64,000 bases of DNA from a candidate division WWE3 bacterium (GTDB taxonomy: Bacteria; Patescibacteriota; WWE3; 2-01-FULL-39-13), in assembly GCA_943354835.1 (NCBI GenBank), contig CALRDH010000002.1, positions 42,270 through 106,269 of the forward strand, read 5' to 3'. Shown here in pieces: positions 18,280 to 29,173 of this stretch (position 1 is its first letter; each line of letters starts with the position of its first letter). Under the pieces are notes generated by a model, which was given only the letters and a program-made list of their open reading frames with translations, ran no database searches and had not been told where the DNA came from. The translations under genes were made by a program, and so were the position numbers.

Positions 18280-18606
18280 TTACTCAAGTATCGCACTTGG
18301 CATTACCTCACTCATTCGTTTCTCGGTAAAATACCTATCTCTTTCTATACCTAAGCCAAATCTACCAACGTAGCTTTCTAGCTCATCAAGAGAAAAGTAT
18401 CCCCATTCATCATTGTAATCACCAAATATCGATACAAATCCAAAGAATTCTTTTGAATTGGTATCGTATTCAGTTGCAAGCCAAGTACCTGCTCCTGTTG
18501 GATTAAAGAACTTTGCAATAACAATCGGATCTTTATCATCCTCTTGTCTACCAACCTTCTCAAATCTCAATAACAACTCCTTTGTTAACAATTTCATAAC
18601 TTTCAC
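18280..18606 (-). CDS. DUF2958-like protein, common on conjugative elements
   Basis: KFFNPTGAGTWLATEYD...FFGF is a DUF2958 signature recalled from memory. Confidence 0.5.
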   Translation of the reverse strand: MKVMKLLTKELLLRFEKVGRQEDDKDPIVIAKFFNPTGAGTWLATEYDTNSKEFFGFVSIFGDYNDEWGYFSLDELESYVGRFGLGIERDRYFTEKRMSEVMPSAILE

Positions 18607-18640
18607 CTCCTTTAAGGGAATAAATTAATAACTACTACCT

Positions 18641-19057
18641 CTAAATCAGCTCATGCTCTTTAAAGCTATAGAACTCTTTATCAGTAAAAATGATGTGATC
18701 TATTACATCTGTTGAGAGTATCTTTCCAGCTTCACACAAGCGCTTAGTTATGCTTATGTCCTCATAAGACGGACTTGTTTCACCTGATGGATGATTATGG
18801 GCAAGTATTATTGCTGGAGTTCTCTTATGTATAACTCTTGTAAATACCTCTCTTGGATGCGCTAATGACTGTGTCAGAGTACCAACGCTAACCAAATCCA
18901 TAATTTTAATTTTGTTTCTAATATCCAGATGAAAAACAAAGAAGTGTTCTTTATCTTGATCAAAATCATCAAGTGTCAGAAAGTAAGCTTTTAACAGCTC
19001 AAATACACACTTAGGACTCGCTACAGATACTTTGGCATCTTGCAGTTTGATAATCAT
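18641..19057 (-). CDS. radC: RadC-like JAB/MPN domain protein
   Basis: HNHPSGETSPSYEDI is the JAMM motif (HxHx7Sx2D). 138 aa, C-terminal domain only. Confidence 0.8.
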   Translation of the reverse strand: MIIKLQDAKVSVASPKCVFELLKAYFLTLDDFDQDKEHFFVFHLDIRNKIKIMDLVSVGTLTQSLAHPREVFTRVIHKRTPAIILAHNHPSGETSPSYEDISITKRLCEAGKILSTDVIDHIIFTDKEFYSFKEHELI

Positions 19058-19446
19058 CTCGATCTCACCCCCTTTCTTTAATAAATTAATAACTTGCAGA
19101 TAAGATTTTTATTCCTATCATGCAAAAAAAGGGGCATGGGGTGAAAATCAAACGAAGTGGTATGTCAAAAGTTTTTGCGGAGCAAAGCAGAGTCAAAAAG
19201 GATTTTTAGTGAGGAACGAGCTAAAAACCCACCTTTTGACAGATGATTTTAACCCCATAAAATGAAGAAGCATGATAGGAAGAAAAGGGGGAATCATCCT
19301 TATTAATATAAGAGTGAGGGTTTACTTCTAACTTATATTTTTAAATCACCATCGTTTAGTCACTTTGCTATAAAGGTGTAGAATTGATTTTCAATTAACT
19401 CTGGTATCAGATGGAAGCAAGTCTTTATACTGCGGATGACCTTTTG

Positions 19447-22400
19447 CTACCAATCTGTGTATGAATTCATTTGCTTTAGATATTGCATCTTGATTTTTGC
19501 TTCCTGTACCAACTTGATAACATTGCTTAATTCTTCTCCCCATGTAGGAACTCCCCAGCCTTTTTTGTCATTTTCAACCATGAGCTCTATGCTGGTAATA
19601 ACTTCCAAAGGATATTCGGGAGCGAGCGTAATAAATCTCTCAACTATAAGATGATCTCCTTCAATGTCACATCCGAGCTTCAAAACCTCAATTAGTTTTT
19701 CCAAGCTCCACTCGTTTTCAAACTTTTCAGAATACACCCACCAGCTAAAGTCTTTGAATTCCTGTATTTCAGCATGGACGTTTTTACCTGCTTTGATTTC
19801 TGTGAGTCTTTTCTCAGCAAGTGCGATAAACTTATCTTTTATTGGAACTGCCATCATTTCACCATTTTTTGCTGATCCTCCAATAAAGTCGATCACTTCT
19901 GCTCTCAACTCCAAAGGAGCAACATCATAAAAGTCTTTCAATAAATCTTTATCCAGAGGAATTTTTCCACGGCAGTAGAAGAGAATGAGATGCTGTGCGA
20001 GATTCTGTTCTGGGTTTTCTAAATGGTGTCTCCCGTCAGTATGCTTACCAATTTCTTCGACTGCTCTTTGATACTGCGGTATGAGCATAGGCATGAAATT
20101 GTCATAAGCAGTATTAAAAGTGATGAAAGTTTCCCATGCTGCATCAAAGTATTTTTGTTTTTCAGGATCATTAGGGAAAATGTCCTTTACATGTTCTTCT
20201 ACCCAAGTAGCATCTAGCCAAGCAAGGTTTCCAAGTCGTTCCCCATACAATGCTCGTATACCAACTGAGGGATCAATTTTTGTATCTAAATGGTCATTCA
20301 ACACCTTCAAAAGCTCTGGGGCATTTTTGTCTATGCTCCAATCTTTTCGTTTATCTTCAGGTACTGAACTCTTCAACCATATACCGTATCTGATGGCAGC
20401 CTGCATTGCGTCTCCTCGGGTAGAACTTATCGCAACTGTTAAAGGATCACGATCTGACTCTAGTTGCTTTGCTTCTTCCTCGGGGGTTGGGTTAGCGTCA
20501 TTTGTCAAAACTTCAATGATCTTCCAAACTTCTTCTTTCAATTCCTGAGGTATTTTTCCTTCCTCTGCATCCAATCCTTCTCTGAGCAATTCTGCAATTG
20601 CTTTCCTGCTCCAATTCCAATCAGGATCATCACCGTAAAAACCAGATAGCTTCCGGTCTTTTACTTCAATCGGCTTTGTCAAAATCGTTACTGAAAGGTC
20701 GAGTATTGGTTTCCAGTCAAAACTTTTATTTTGCCTTAATGCGTCACGATGACCAGTAAAAACAGAACGGACATACGTTGGATCTAAATCCATGAAAGAA
20801 GTAAGGCTCTGCGACCATTTAGCAGGGTCATTTGCTATTTGTGTCACCAAGGCTCTGCTTGTTCCTTCTCGTGAGATATCAAGGGGATCACCTTCTGTTG
20901 GTGGTTCCCATTTTTTAAGAAAATCCACCACTTCGCCAGGTTTCATATCTTTGAATTGTTCGTCAGATATACTGCTCTTATATCCCCAGCTTGATCCACC
21001 TGACCAAGAACGAAAGGAAGGGAATTCAGGTTCTCCAACTACAGACACTAGTTCTTCATAGTATTTTTTCCAATCAGGATCAGTTTCCTTGAAAGGCAGC
21101 AAGTGATACATCTGCCAATTTTTCTTATACTTTGCTACTTGTTCATCTGAGGGTTCTACACCATTCTCCTTGCATCTTGCCTTGTAGGCTTCCATGTCTA
21201 CTTCCACACCTTTCTCAATCCATGACCACAACTCTTTCCTTTGCGCTGTTGATAAAAGGGATGCGTGTGTTTCTGCAAGTAGGAAGTATTCGTGAGTAAG
21301 GCGCTTTTTATCTGCAAACTCCTCCTTGTTCATAAGAAGCTGCGTTATCTTCTTTTCAGAACCCTTTGGGAATAATCGCAGAAGATGCAATACAAGGCGC
21401 TGAAAGACGAGTAGCTTTCGTGGCTCCAATTCCGAAAGGAGTGCTTCTATTTGATCAGGATGGTTCGTAAGATATCTCTCGCAAGCATCTCTCATTCCTG
21501 TTACCAGCACGTCTTTAATGCCGTATTTATGGTTTTGAGAGTGGTCTTCAATGGCTGATCTCCATATCTCAGAGTAGTCATCTTTGGAACCACTTTCCCT
21601 GTCAACATCAGAGTGTTTTATGTAATTCTCATACTGATCGATAAGAACTTTGACTGCATCTATACCCGCAGCATCAACAAAATCAGGAAAATCCTTTTCG
21701 AGTATTTCTTCATAATCGTAATCTCTTATGAGAGGTATCGGATCGTGTGGGATCTTGTGTCCACCATATTCAGGAGCTGGACGAGGATCAGGTTGAATAG
21801 CAAGCACTCTATTGGCGAGTGTTACGGCTTCTTTTACTTTTCCATATAGAGCTAAATATTTGATGAGTTTTCCATATTTCTCAGGGCTCAAAAAATAGTC
21901 GATTTCATCAATACTTTCAACAATCTGAACAGACATTTCTACCGGAAGTAATAATGCTATTTCCAATAACTCAGTTCGTGCTCGTGTGTTTTCTGTTTCC
22001 ACATCAAGACATATGGCCAAGACCTCACTTTGCTTTTGAGGAATTACTGCCATCTTTTTCAAATACAAAGCTTGTGACCAAAAAGGGTAGCTGGTTCCTC
22101 CTTCTGGGTGCTCCATTGGAGGTGGTGGTATCTTGAAAAATCCCGCATCTTTTAGAAGGATCAACCAATTTGGATTATCCAACTTTTCAAAAAAATAATT
22201 GTAGGAAACTGGACTATTTGGCACCTTCTCTTTAAGTTTTTTGACATCATCTGTGGTAACTATTTTTAATTCAACCAACTGATCGAGAATTGCAAAAAAT
22301 CCTAAATACTTACCCTCCATTTTGTTTAAAACTGCATCAAGGATTATTTGGACACTTTCCCATAAGTCTTTGAAGGAATTGCTTCTGCTTGCAGGAAAAC

Positions 22401-22794
22401 CAAGGTTATTTCTATGAACAAAGTGGTATATAGCAATATCATCCTGTTTATTTGCAGTTCGCAACCATAAGCCTGCAATATCACTATCAGAATCTAAGTC
22501 ATAAGCTTCGAGTATTGCTTTAACCTTTTCCTTATGTGACTCTTCTTTCTTTTCACCCTCAGCAGACACTGCAAAGCCCTCTGGAAGTAACATATCAATA
22601 ACTGTTCCCATTACTTCTCTTAAACAGTGGGCAATCAGGTTGGTTTTTGAGTCTTTTGGTGGTTCCTCATCCCACATTCGACAAGCATCCTTAAAAAATC
22701 CAGCAGGGACATGTCCAATTTCCAAAAGTTTTTTGTGTATTCTTTCTTGTCTTGGATCGCTAAATTTAAAAACTTGGGGAGTTTTCGTATTCAT
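19447..22794 (-). CDS. 1115-aa hypothetical protein, translationally coupled downstream of hsdS; candidate defence-associated protein
   Basis: Long uninterrupted ORF. Its start overlaps the hsdS 3' end by 29 nt. Trp-rich, no P-loop, and it appears GC-richer than its surroundings. Confidence 0.55.
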   Translation of the reverse strand: MNTKTPQVFKFSDPRQERIHKKLLEIGHVPAGFFKDACRMWDEEPPKDSKTNLIAHCLREVMGTVIDMLLPEGFAVSAEGEKKEESHKEKVKAILEAYDLDSDSDIAGLWLRTANKQDDIAIYHFVHRNNLGFPASRSNSFKDLWESVQIILDAVLNKMEGKYLGFFAILDQLVELKIVTTDDVKKLKEKVPNSPVSYNYFFEKLDNPNWLILLKDAGFFKIPPPPMEHPEGGTSYPFWSQALYLKKMAVIPQKQSEVLAICLDVETENTRARTELLEIALLLPVEMSVQIVESIDEIDYFLSPEKYGKLIKYLALYGKVKEAVTLANRVLAIQPDPRPAPEYGGHKIPHDPIPLIRDYDYEEILEKDFPDFVDAAGIDAVKVLIDQYENYIKHSDVDRESGSKDDYSEIWRSAIEDHSQNHKYGIKDVLVTGMRDACERYLTNHPDQIEALLSELEPRKLLVFQRLVLHLLRLFPKGSEKKITQLLMNKEEFADKKRLTHEYFLLAETHASLLSTAQRKELWSWIEKGVEVDMEAYKARCKENGVEPSDEQVAKYKKNWQMYHLLPFKETDPDWKKYYEELVSVVGEPEFPSFRSWSGGSSWGYKSSISDEQFKDMKPGEVVDFLKKWEPPTEGDPLDISREGTSRALVTQIANDPAKWSQSLTSFMDLDPTYVRSVFTGHRDALRQNKSFDWKPILDLSVTILTKPIEVKDRKLSGFYGDDPDWNWSRKAIAELLREGLDAEEGKIPQELKEEVWKIIEVLTNDANPTPEEEAKQLESDRDPLTVAISSTRGDAMQAAIRYGIWLKSSVPEDKRKDWSIDKNAPELLKVLNDHLDTKIDPSVGIRALYGERLGNLAWLDATWVEEHVKDIFPNDPEKQKYFDAAWETFITFNTAYDNFMPMLIPQYQRAVEEIGKHTDGRHHLENPEQNLAQHLILFYCRGKIPLDKDLLKDFYDVAPLELRAEVIDFIGGSAKNGEMMAVPIKDKFIALAEKRLTEIKAGKNVHAEIQEFKDFSWWVYSEKFENEWSLEKLIEVLKLGCDIEGDHLIVERFITLAPEYPLEVITSIELMVENDKKGWGVPTWGEELSNVIKLVQEAKIKMQYLKQMNSYTDW

Positions 22795-23962
22795 AAGTTG
22801 CGTTGGTGCTTGGCAAAAACGATTTTTGCATTAATGCCTGAAATTGATTTTCCATCTCAGACGACTGAATCAACATTTTTTGTTTAATTGAAACTACTGA
22901 ATTGAATCTATTTACGAAATCTAATTGCTTAGTTATAGGTGGCAAAAGTATCGATAATTTATTTATTTTTCCCAAAAATAAATTTGCTTGACTTGATTGA
23001 TTCACACTTCGCATCATTTCTCTCTGAGAATAATCGGTTCTTAAAAAGTACTCTAAATATTTGGAGAGTATTAAACTTCTATTTGGCTTAATGAGAGCTG
23101 CACTTCTAACAAGTGTAAAAGGCTCGTCGATATCTATAGTTGTCACTCGACCTATCGTTCCAGAGCAAGATATTAATACATCACCCAATTCCGGATTACA
23201 TCTCTTTCGTATTCTCTCGTATTCCACTTCCCCGATATAATCTACACCAGCATTAAAATCTAAATATCCATTTTTAATATTTCTGGCAGATAATAATTTA
23301 ATTCCGTCTATTGTTCTAATCGGCGTAATATGCTCACCATCGGTCACCTTATCAGCAATTTCTTGAATAGTACATTTCTCATATTTGTGCGGATTCATAC
23401 CGGGATTTCCAAACATATCTAAAAAGACAGATTTTAAGTAGTCGTCGAGTAAATCTATTGCTTGCTTGCGTTTTTGGCGAAGTTCGTCTGCTTGATCAAG
23501 AAGTTTTACAATCCTTTTTTGTTCTTCGAGAGGATGTAAAACAAAGCTAAAATTTGAAAAGGTTGTTTTATTTACAATTGGAACTACAGCGCTATTGGCA
23601 ACTTGCTTTAACAAAGGTGCTAATGTTAATGCAAAATAGTACCCATATTTATAGTTAACTAATTTTGGATTAAATGTTAAAGAATTAATTTGCTGATTAG
23701 TGACTAAGTCACAACCCGCTATACCTACCTTGCCAAGAGATCCAATACAGGAAACCATTATAGAATTTTTTGGTATTAAATTAGCTTGTTTTGCTCCATC
23801 TGTTGTAAGATATTCTTCTGTTGAAGTAATTTCTACAGCACCTCCCAAATTTGGTGGTTTTACAAACGGAATAGTTCCATCGAGATAGTAAATGTTTGAC
23901 GATTTACTTGGTGTTTTTCCAGTAGTGACTTGAGCTATGTCTCCAAGCTTTACAATTCTCAT
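22766..23962 (-). CDS. hsdS: Type I restriction-modification specificity subunit HsdS
   Basis: Two target-recognition domains with conserved central and C-terminal coiled regions. It overlaps the hsdM stop. Confidence 0.8.
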   Translation of the reverse strand: MRIVKLGDIAQVTTGKTPSKSSNIYYLDGTIPFVKPPNLGGAVEITSTEEYLTTDGAKQANLIPKNSIMVSCIGSLGKVGIAGCDLVTNQQINSLTFNPKLVNYKYGYYFALTLAPLLKQVANSAVVPIVNKTTFSNFSFVLHPLEEQKRIVKLLDQADELRQKRKQAIDLLDDYLKSVFLDMFGNPGMNPHKYEKCTIQEIADKVTDGEHITPIRTIDGIKLLSARNIKNGYLDFNAGVDYIGEVEYERIRKRCNPELGDVLISCSGTIGRVTTIDIDEPFTLVRSAALIKPNRSLILSKYLEYFLRTDYSQREMMRSVNQSSQANLFLGKINKLSILLPPITKQLDFVNRFNSVVSIKQKMLIQSSEMENQFQALMQKSFLPSTNATYEYENSPSF

Positions 23963-24501
23963 TGTTTAATTTGTTTCAAAACTGAGATTCCATTTAATAT
24001 TTCTTGTTCCAATTTTTCAATCTTTTCTAAAATTACTTTTGGATCTTCGTATACAACTTCTTCATAATTACTTTCTTTATATCTATTAATACTCAAGTCA
24101 AATTTTGCATCTTCAATTTCCTTTTTAGGTACATAAAAAAACTTACTCCTTCTATCGTTTTCAGTAATTGCTTTTCTTGATTCCCATTTTTCTACGATAT
24201 CTGGAATATCGTTATCTTTAATCTTTGCACGCTTATCATCGAGACTGAAGCCATCCGCCTGCATGTCATAAAACCACACTTTTTCAGTTTCCCCACCTTT
24301 TACAAATATCAGAATTGCAGTGCTGACTCCTGCATATGGCTTAAATACACCACTTGGAAGAGAGATAACACCTTGCAACTCACAATCATTTAAAAGCATT
24401 TTTCGTGCCATTACATGCGCATTGCTCGAGCCAAAAAGCACACCATCAGGAACAATTACGCCAGCACGACCACCAATTTTAAGGGATTTAATAATCCTGT
24501 T

Positions 24502-25231
24502 GGGGCTAGTGAAGTTAAAGCGGTATAATGAATCGCAATGGCATCATCTATCAACCTAAATAGCTACTACAAACGTTCACGAATTTCCGAGCGTCAATTT
24601 CGAGTGTTTGTGAAGCATTTTTGCTTCGATGACACAGCTGAAAGAATTGCGAATGAAGTAGGTATTTCACGAAGAGCTACCATTACTTTGCTTGCAAAAA
24701 TGCGGAATAGGATACTCGAGTGGTGTGATGAAGAAGAACGACTGAGTGGCGAAATTGAAGTGGATGAGAGTTATTTTGGTGCCAGGAGAGTTCGAGGAAA
24801 ACGTGGGCGAGGCGCTTCTGGGAAAGTGCCAGTCATTGGTTTACTCAAGAGAAATGGCAAAGTCTACACGCAAGTAGTTCAAAACTGTTCTCGAGAACAA
24901 TTGCTGCCAATTATCCAAGGAAAAGTATTGTCTGAAAGCACAGTTTTTACTGACGCATGGCGCAGTTATGACAGTTTGATCTTACATGGGTATGATCACT
25001 ACCGAATCCACCACCATGAAAATGAGTTTTCTCGAGGAAAAAACCACATCAATGGCATTGAAAGTTTCTGGAGTTTTACCAAAGCCAGATTACTCAAGAT
25101 GAAAGGAGTGCGAAAAGACAAATTCGTGCTACACTTAAAGGAATCTGAGTTTCGTTGGAATTACCGAAAAAGTATGTACCAAGAAATTCTCAAAAGATTG
25201 AGGAAAATTCCGCTTTAACTTCACTAGCCCC
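24502..25231 (+). mobile_element. IS1595-family (IS1016-like) insertion sequence, 730 bp
   Basis: Perfect 22-bp terminal IRs (ggggctagtgaagttaaagcgg and ccgctttaacttcactagcccc). A 7-bp TSD, tcctgtt, sits at 24495-24501 and 25232-25238. Confidence 0.85.
24538..25218 (+). CDS. IS1595-family DDE transposase
   Basis: 226 aa. The N-terminal region is followed by a DDE_Tnp_IS1595-like core (VDESYFG...GYDHYRIHH). Confidence 0.75.
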   Translation: MASSINLNSYYKRSRISERQFRVFVKHFCFDDTAERIANEVGISRRATITLLAKMRNRILEWCDEEERLSGEIEVDESYFGARRVRGKRGRGASGKVPVIGLLKRNGKVYTQVVQNCSREQLLPIIQGKVLSESTVFTDAWRSYDSLILHGYDHYRIHHHENEFSRGKNHINGIESFWSFTKARLLKMKGVRKDKFVLHLKESEFRWNYRKSMYQEILKRLRKIPL

Positions 25232-26211
25232 TCCTGTTTATAAATAGAAGTTCTGTCTTGGTAGTAGGTAATGACAATGATTCGTTAATATCGCCTTTAT
25301 CAATACTCCCTTTAAATGGGGGATTGGCCATAATGACATCGAAATAATTATCTTCGTCATATTTTTTAGAAAGTGTATCTTTTTGCTCAATATTTGGTGA
25401 AGATATACCATGCATCATGAGGTTCATAAGTCCAATGCGCACCATACTATCGTCCATGTCGTAACCAAAAAAAGTATTTTCTTTTAACTGTTTCCACTGT
25501 CTTTCATCTGTTAGCTTATCGCCAAGTGTGCCTCTGGTAAGTCCGTTCTCATCTGTTTTTTGATGCTCTTTACTTGTGTGTTGAGTAAGAATGTGTTGAT
25601 ACGCCCCAAGCAAAAACCCACCAGTGCCACAGGCTGGATCACAAATGGTATCTCCAAGCTTTGGGTTTACTAGCTCACAAATAAGCTGAATGATATGTCT
25701 TGGAGTTCTAAACTGTCCAAGTTTGCCCGCACTTGTTATCTCTGCAAGCAAATGCTCGTATATATCTCCCTGTGTATCTTGAAATGCTTGTCCAGCATCT
25801 TGTTGTTTGGCGATATCCTCAAAAATCTCATCAATAATGCTAACTGCCTCAACAACAAGAGAGGGCTTAGAGATAATAAAAACGGCATTTCCCATGTGTT
25901 TAGAAAAGTTGCTGTTATCAGAGTTTAAATTCTTTAAAAAAGGGAAAACTTTTGTCTGAATATGAGTAAGCATTTCAGAGCCCTCCATATGTCTAAAATG
26001 ACTCCAACGCATTACTTCATTTTCGCCTGCAAAAATAGATTTATATGCTTCTCCCGTAAATTCTGAGTCCTGAACTTTTTTTAGATCCATCTGATCAAGT
26101 CGTTTCATGAAAAGAAGATATGAGATCTGCTCGATAGCAGTAAGTGGATTTGAAATACCACCGCTCCAAAATTTATCCCAAAGTCTATCTATGGATGATT
26201 TGATTGTTGTA

Positions 26212-29022
26212 TTAAGCATAAGCAAATATTTGTTCTGTAAATTGTAAAATTTCTCGTTGCATATGTTTATCAAATAACCCTAAAAATCCATTTTCATGAA
26301 TTTTGGTGAATGGCTCTTGTACGAGGTCTTTTTTATTGAGTGCTCCATTCTCGATGATAAAGGTTTGCAAAGTAGTCAAAAACTGAATTTGCTTTGCAGT
26401 AAGGGTGTTATGTGTTGCAATAAATGTTGCAAAAGCTTCTGTGACTTTTTCAGGAAAAGTTACAAGTTCACCAATCCCCATGATGTATTTAATAAGATCA
26501 AGAAAGCCAACTTTTCTAGCATCATACGCTTTTTGTAAGTTTTCTTCTGTAGGATACGGATCGTATTCAGACAGTGCTTCTGCAAGATCTTCAATTTCTT
26601 CTGCAGTTATACTTTCTCCCTGTTTAATTTTCTGTAGTGTTTCATTTTCTTCTTCTAGTTTTTTGACAAGAGCCTCAACTTTTTCTCTATATTTTTGAAT
26701 GGTGATTCTTTCATTAGAAGGACCAAACTTGATGTACATTTTTTCTGAAGTGACATCTTTTAAGTTGAAAGAGTCTTGCTTTGGCTTAATTCCCTCGTCT
26801 CGATACTTCATGAGAGGACATATCTTCTCGATGACTATATTTAGTTCATCTTCACCAGCGTTTGATAGATATCCTCCGTTTAGTATGGCCTCAATTAACG
26901 CTTCTTGCTTTGCAACGATATTAACGGTTAGTGGAAGGTCAGAGACTATTTCAATCAGTGCTTCTCCTGTTGTTGCAAGCTTCTTCTCATCCCTTTCATC
27001 TCCTTGCAACTTGATGATAGAGTAGCGAATCACTTTTATCTCAAAACTCATTGCTTTGTAGTCTTCACCTGTTCGAGTTCTCATTAGTGGCGCAATCTCC
27101 TTGAGAAGGAAATCTTTTTTATCTTGAGTGAGTCGTTGCCAAAAAGATTCATTTACTTGCGCAAGGAGTTCTTTATTGTCCAAAATAACTACATTATTTT
27201 GTGGAAGTTTTGCAATTTCTTGCTGTAATTTTGCAATACAATCAGCAACGACTGCTTCATTTCCTACATTTTGTGCAAGCTCAAGTTTTTCAAGTCGTGC
27301 TTCAAAAAGTCGTACTGGCATAGGTTTTGTAGGTCTATCAATCTTCCCCGTTGGATTCATCTGAAAGTATTCAAAATTCTCCCAGCAGTCCATGATTAAA
27401 AACTTATCCTTTTTCTTGCACCAAGGTTTGATTTTCTTAGCTTCAAGTAAGCGTGTGCCACGTCCAATCATTTGCCAAAACTTTGTATACGAAAAAACAG
27501 GCTTAGCAAACACCAGATTCACAAGCTCTCGAATATCAATGCCTGTATCAAGCATGTCTACGCTTATGGCAATTCTTGGAAAATCATTATTTATAAATTG
27601 ATCAAGCAAACCACCCTTGCCATAAACCCTAGAATCATCCGACACAATTACTTTGGCTAAATTTCCCTTATGTTCTGGGTACAGATCATCAAAAACTTCT
27701 TGCAATCTTCTGGCATGTTTCATGGTCATAGCAAAAAAGATTGATTTTCCCGGTAATGTACCGCTTTCATCCTTGATAGATTCTTCCATGAATTCTTGTA
27801 CTATAAGAGCGTTTGTTCCTTTGTTTGTTACCTTTTTTTCAATATCCGTACCCTCATAATTAATTTCCTCTGGTTCTTTGCCATCAGCTAATAATTTTTG
27901 TTGTTCCCCAACAGAAATATTATCTTTACGAATACCTTCTTTTTGAAATTTTGTTCTTATCTTCAAAACTTCGTAATCACTAAGATATGGGGGGATATTA
28001 TTTATAGCTTCCTCGTAGGAGTAAGCAAAAGTAGGCAATCCATCCTCACATTCAAAAAGCCCAAAAGTATTATGTTCTACTGCATCTTTAGGAGTAGCTG
28101 TTAATCCTAGCTGTATGGAATCAAAATAATCAAATATGTTTTTATATACATTGTAGATCGATCTGTGACTTTCATCGGCAATTATTAGATCAAAGAAGTG
28201 GGGGCTTAATGGACAATCTTCTTTCTCAATAATATTGAGCATTGTTGGATATGTCGCGGAGTAAACTCGTCTATCGGTTTGAATATCAGTCTCACCAATT
28301 TTTGGCCAGATTGGTGCATTAGGTAAATACTCTTTAAACGCATCTAGTGCCTGATTGCGAAGAGCAATTCTATCGACTAAAAATAATACTTTTTGAATTC
28401 TATTTGCTCGCATCAGCACATCAATCATCGACACGGCGGTTCTTGTCTTACCAGTACCCGTAGCCATTACTAAAAGAGCTTTCCTTTTGCCTTTATCTAA
28501 GGTCTCAAATACTGATCTAATTGCCTCAATTTGATACGGTCGTCCAGAAATCTCTCTATTAATTAGTTCTTGAGATAATGGCTTTTCATTTTTTCTTTGA
28601 AAAAGAAGTCTTTCTAAATCTTTTTTACTTGGAAAGCCATGAACTTTTCTAGGTGGCGACTTTTCTGTATCCCAAAAGTAAATGTCATGTCCATTCGTAT
28701 AAAAAACAAACGGCATTTCTTTACCAGAATTTTTTTGAATATTAACTGCGTACTGTTTAGCTTGTTCTTGACCAACTCGAGCATCTCTAGAAGTCTTTTT
28801 TGCTTCTACTACTGCAAGAGGATACCCATCATCACCTAGTAGAACATAATCTGCATACTGAAACCCTTGGTGTTCATGTTCTGGCTCAGTAATACCTTCA
28901 GGCAAACCTACCCAAATATCCAACTCTGAAGTTACCTGTGAAGGATTACCAATGTCCCAACCAGCTTTTAACAGCCGTTTATCAATTATTTCTTGTCTTG
29001 TTTTTGCTTCTGTAGGACTCAT
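26212..29022 (-). CDS. hsdR: Type I restriction enzyme R subunit HsdR
   Basis: Walker A LLVMATGTGKT, the DEAH-box IIADESHRS, helicase C motifs, 936 aa. Confidence 0.85.
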   Translation of the reverse strand: MSPTEAKTRQEIIDKRLLKAGWDIGNPSQVTSELDIWVGLPEGITEPEHEHQGFQYADYVLLGDDGYPLAVVEAKKTSRDARVGQEQAKQYAVNIQKNSGKEMPFVFYTNGHDIYFWDTEKSPPRKVHGFPSKKDLERLLFQRKNEKPLSQELINREISGRPYQIEAIRSVFETLDKGKRKALLVMATGTGKTRTAVSMIDVLMRANRIQKVLFLVDRIALRNQALDAFKEYLPNAPIWPKIGETDIQTDRRVYSATYPTMLNIIEKEDCPLSPHFFDLIIADESHRSIYNVYKNIFDYFDSIQLGLTATPKDAVEHNTFGLFECEDGLPTFAYSYEEAINNIPPYLSDYEVLKIRTKFQKEGIRKDNISVGEQQKLLADGKEPEEINYEGTDIEKKVTNKGTNALIVQEFMEESIKDESGTLPGKSIFFAMTMKHARRLQEVFDDLYPEHKGNLAKVIVSDDSRVYGKGGLLDQFINNDFPRIAISVDMLDTGIDIRELVNLVFAKPVFSYTKFWQMIGRGTRLLEAKKIKPWCKKKDKFLIMDCWENFEYFQMNPTGKIDRPTKPMPVRLFEARLEKLELAQNVGNEAVVADCIAKLQQEIAKLPQNNVVILDNKELLAQVNESFWQRLTQDKKDFLLKEIAPLMRTRTGEDYKAMSFEIKVIRYSIIKLQGDERDEKKLATTGEALIEIVSDLPLTVNIVAKQEALIEAILNGGYLSNAGEDELNIVIEKICPLMKYRDEGIKPKQDSFNLKDVTSEKMYIKFGPSNERITIQKYREKVEALVKKLEEENETLQKIKQGESITAEEIEDLAEALSEYDPYPTEENLQKAYDARKVGFLDLIKYIMGIGELVTFPEKVTEAFATFIATHNTLTAKQIQFLTTLQTFIIENGALNKKDLVQEPFTKIHENGFLGLFDKHMQREILQFTEQIFAYA

Positions 29023-29173
29023 ATGTAGGATTAGATACTAAATCACTCAATTTGCACAACTATATTTTACCGTAAATATCATCAAATACCTCAGGGTATT
29101 CTTGTTACACTCGGCTCAAAGCTGATTTTACTCCTAAAATCTATATATTAGCTAGTGAATCAACAAATTATGG

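Larger units (their letters stand above)
23959..26273 (-). pseudogene. hsdM: Type I R-M methyltransferase HsdM, interrupted by an IS insertion (N-fragment 25224-26273, C-fragment 23959-24441)
   Basis: The N-fragment carries the NPPF motif (IMANPPFKG). The reading frame continues ...NRIIKSLKIGGRAGVIVPDGVLF across the IS boundary. Confidence 0.8.

Noticed and set aside
19163-19241. 9-bp inverted repeat (tgtcaaaag and cttttgaca) with a 61-nt spacer between the 1115-aa gene and radC, considered as a structured RNA or operator
   Set aside because: The repeat is short and AT-rich with no supporting covariation. It could occur by chance in 33% GC DNA.
19447-22794. Numerous 60-140-aa plus-strand ORFs inside the 1115-aa gene (for example 20120-20548 and 20792-21061), and similar antisense ORFs inside hsdR, pheT and thrS
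   Set aside because: They are fully nested antisense in long, well-supported genes and have low-complexity Ser/Leu-rich translations typical of reverse-strand artefacts.
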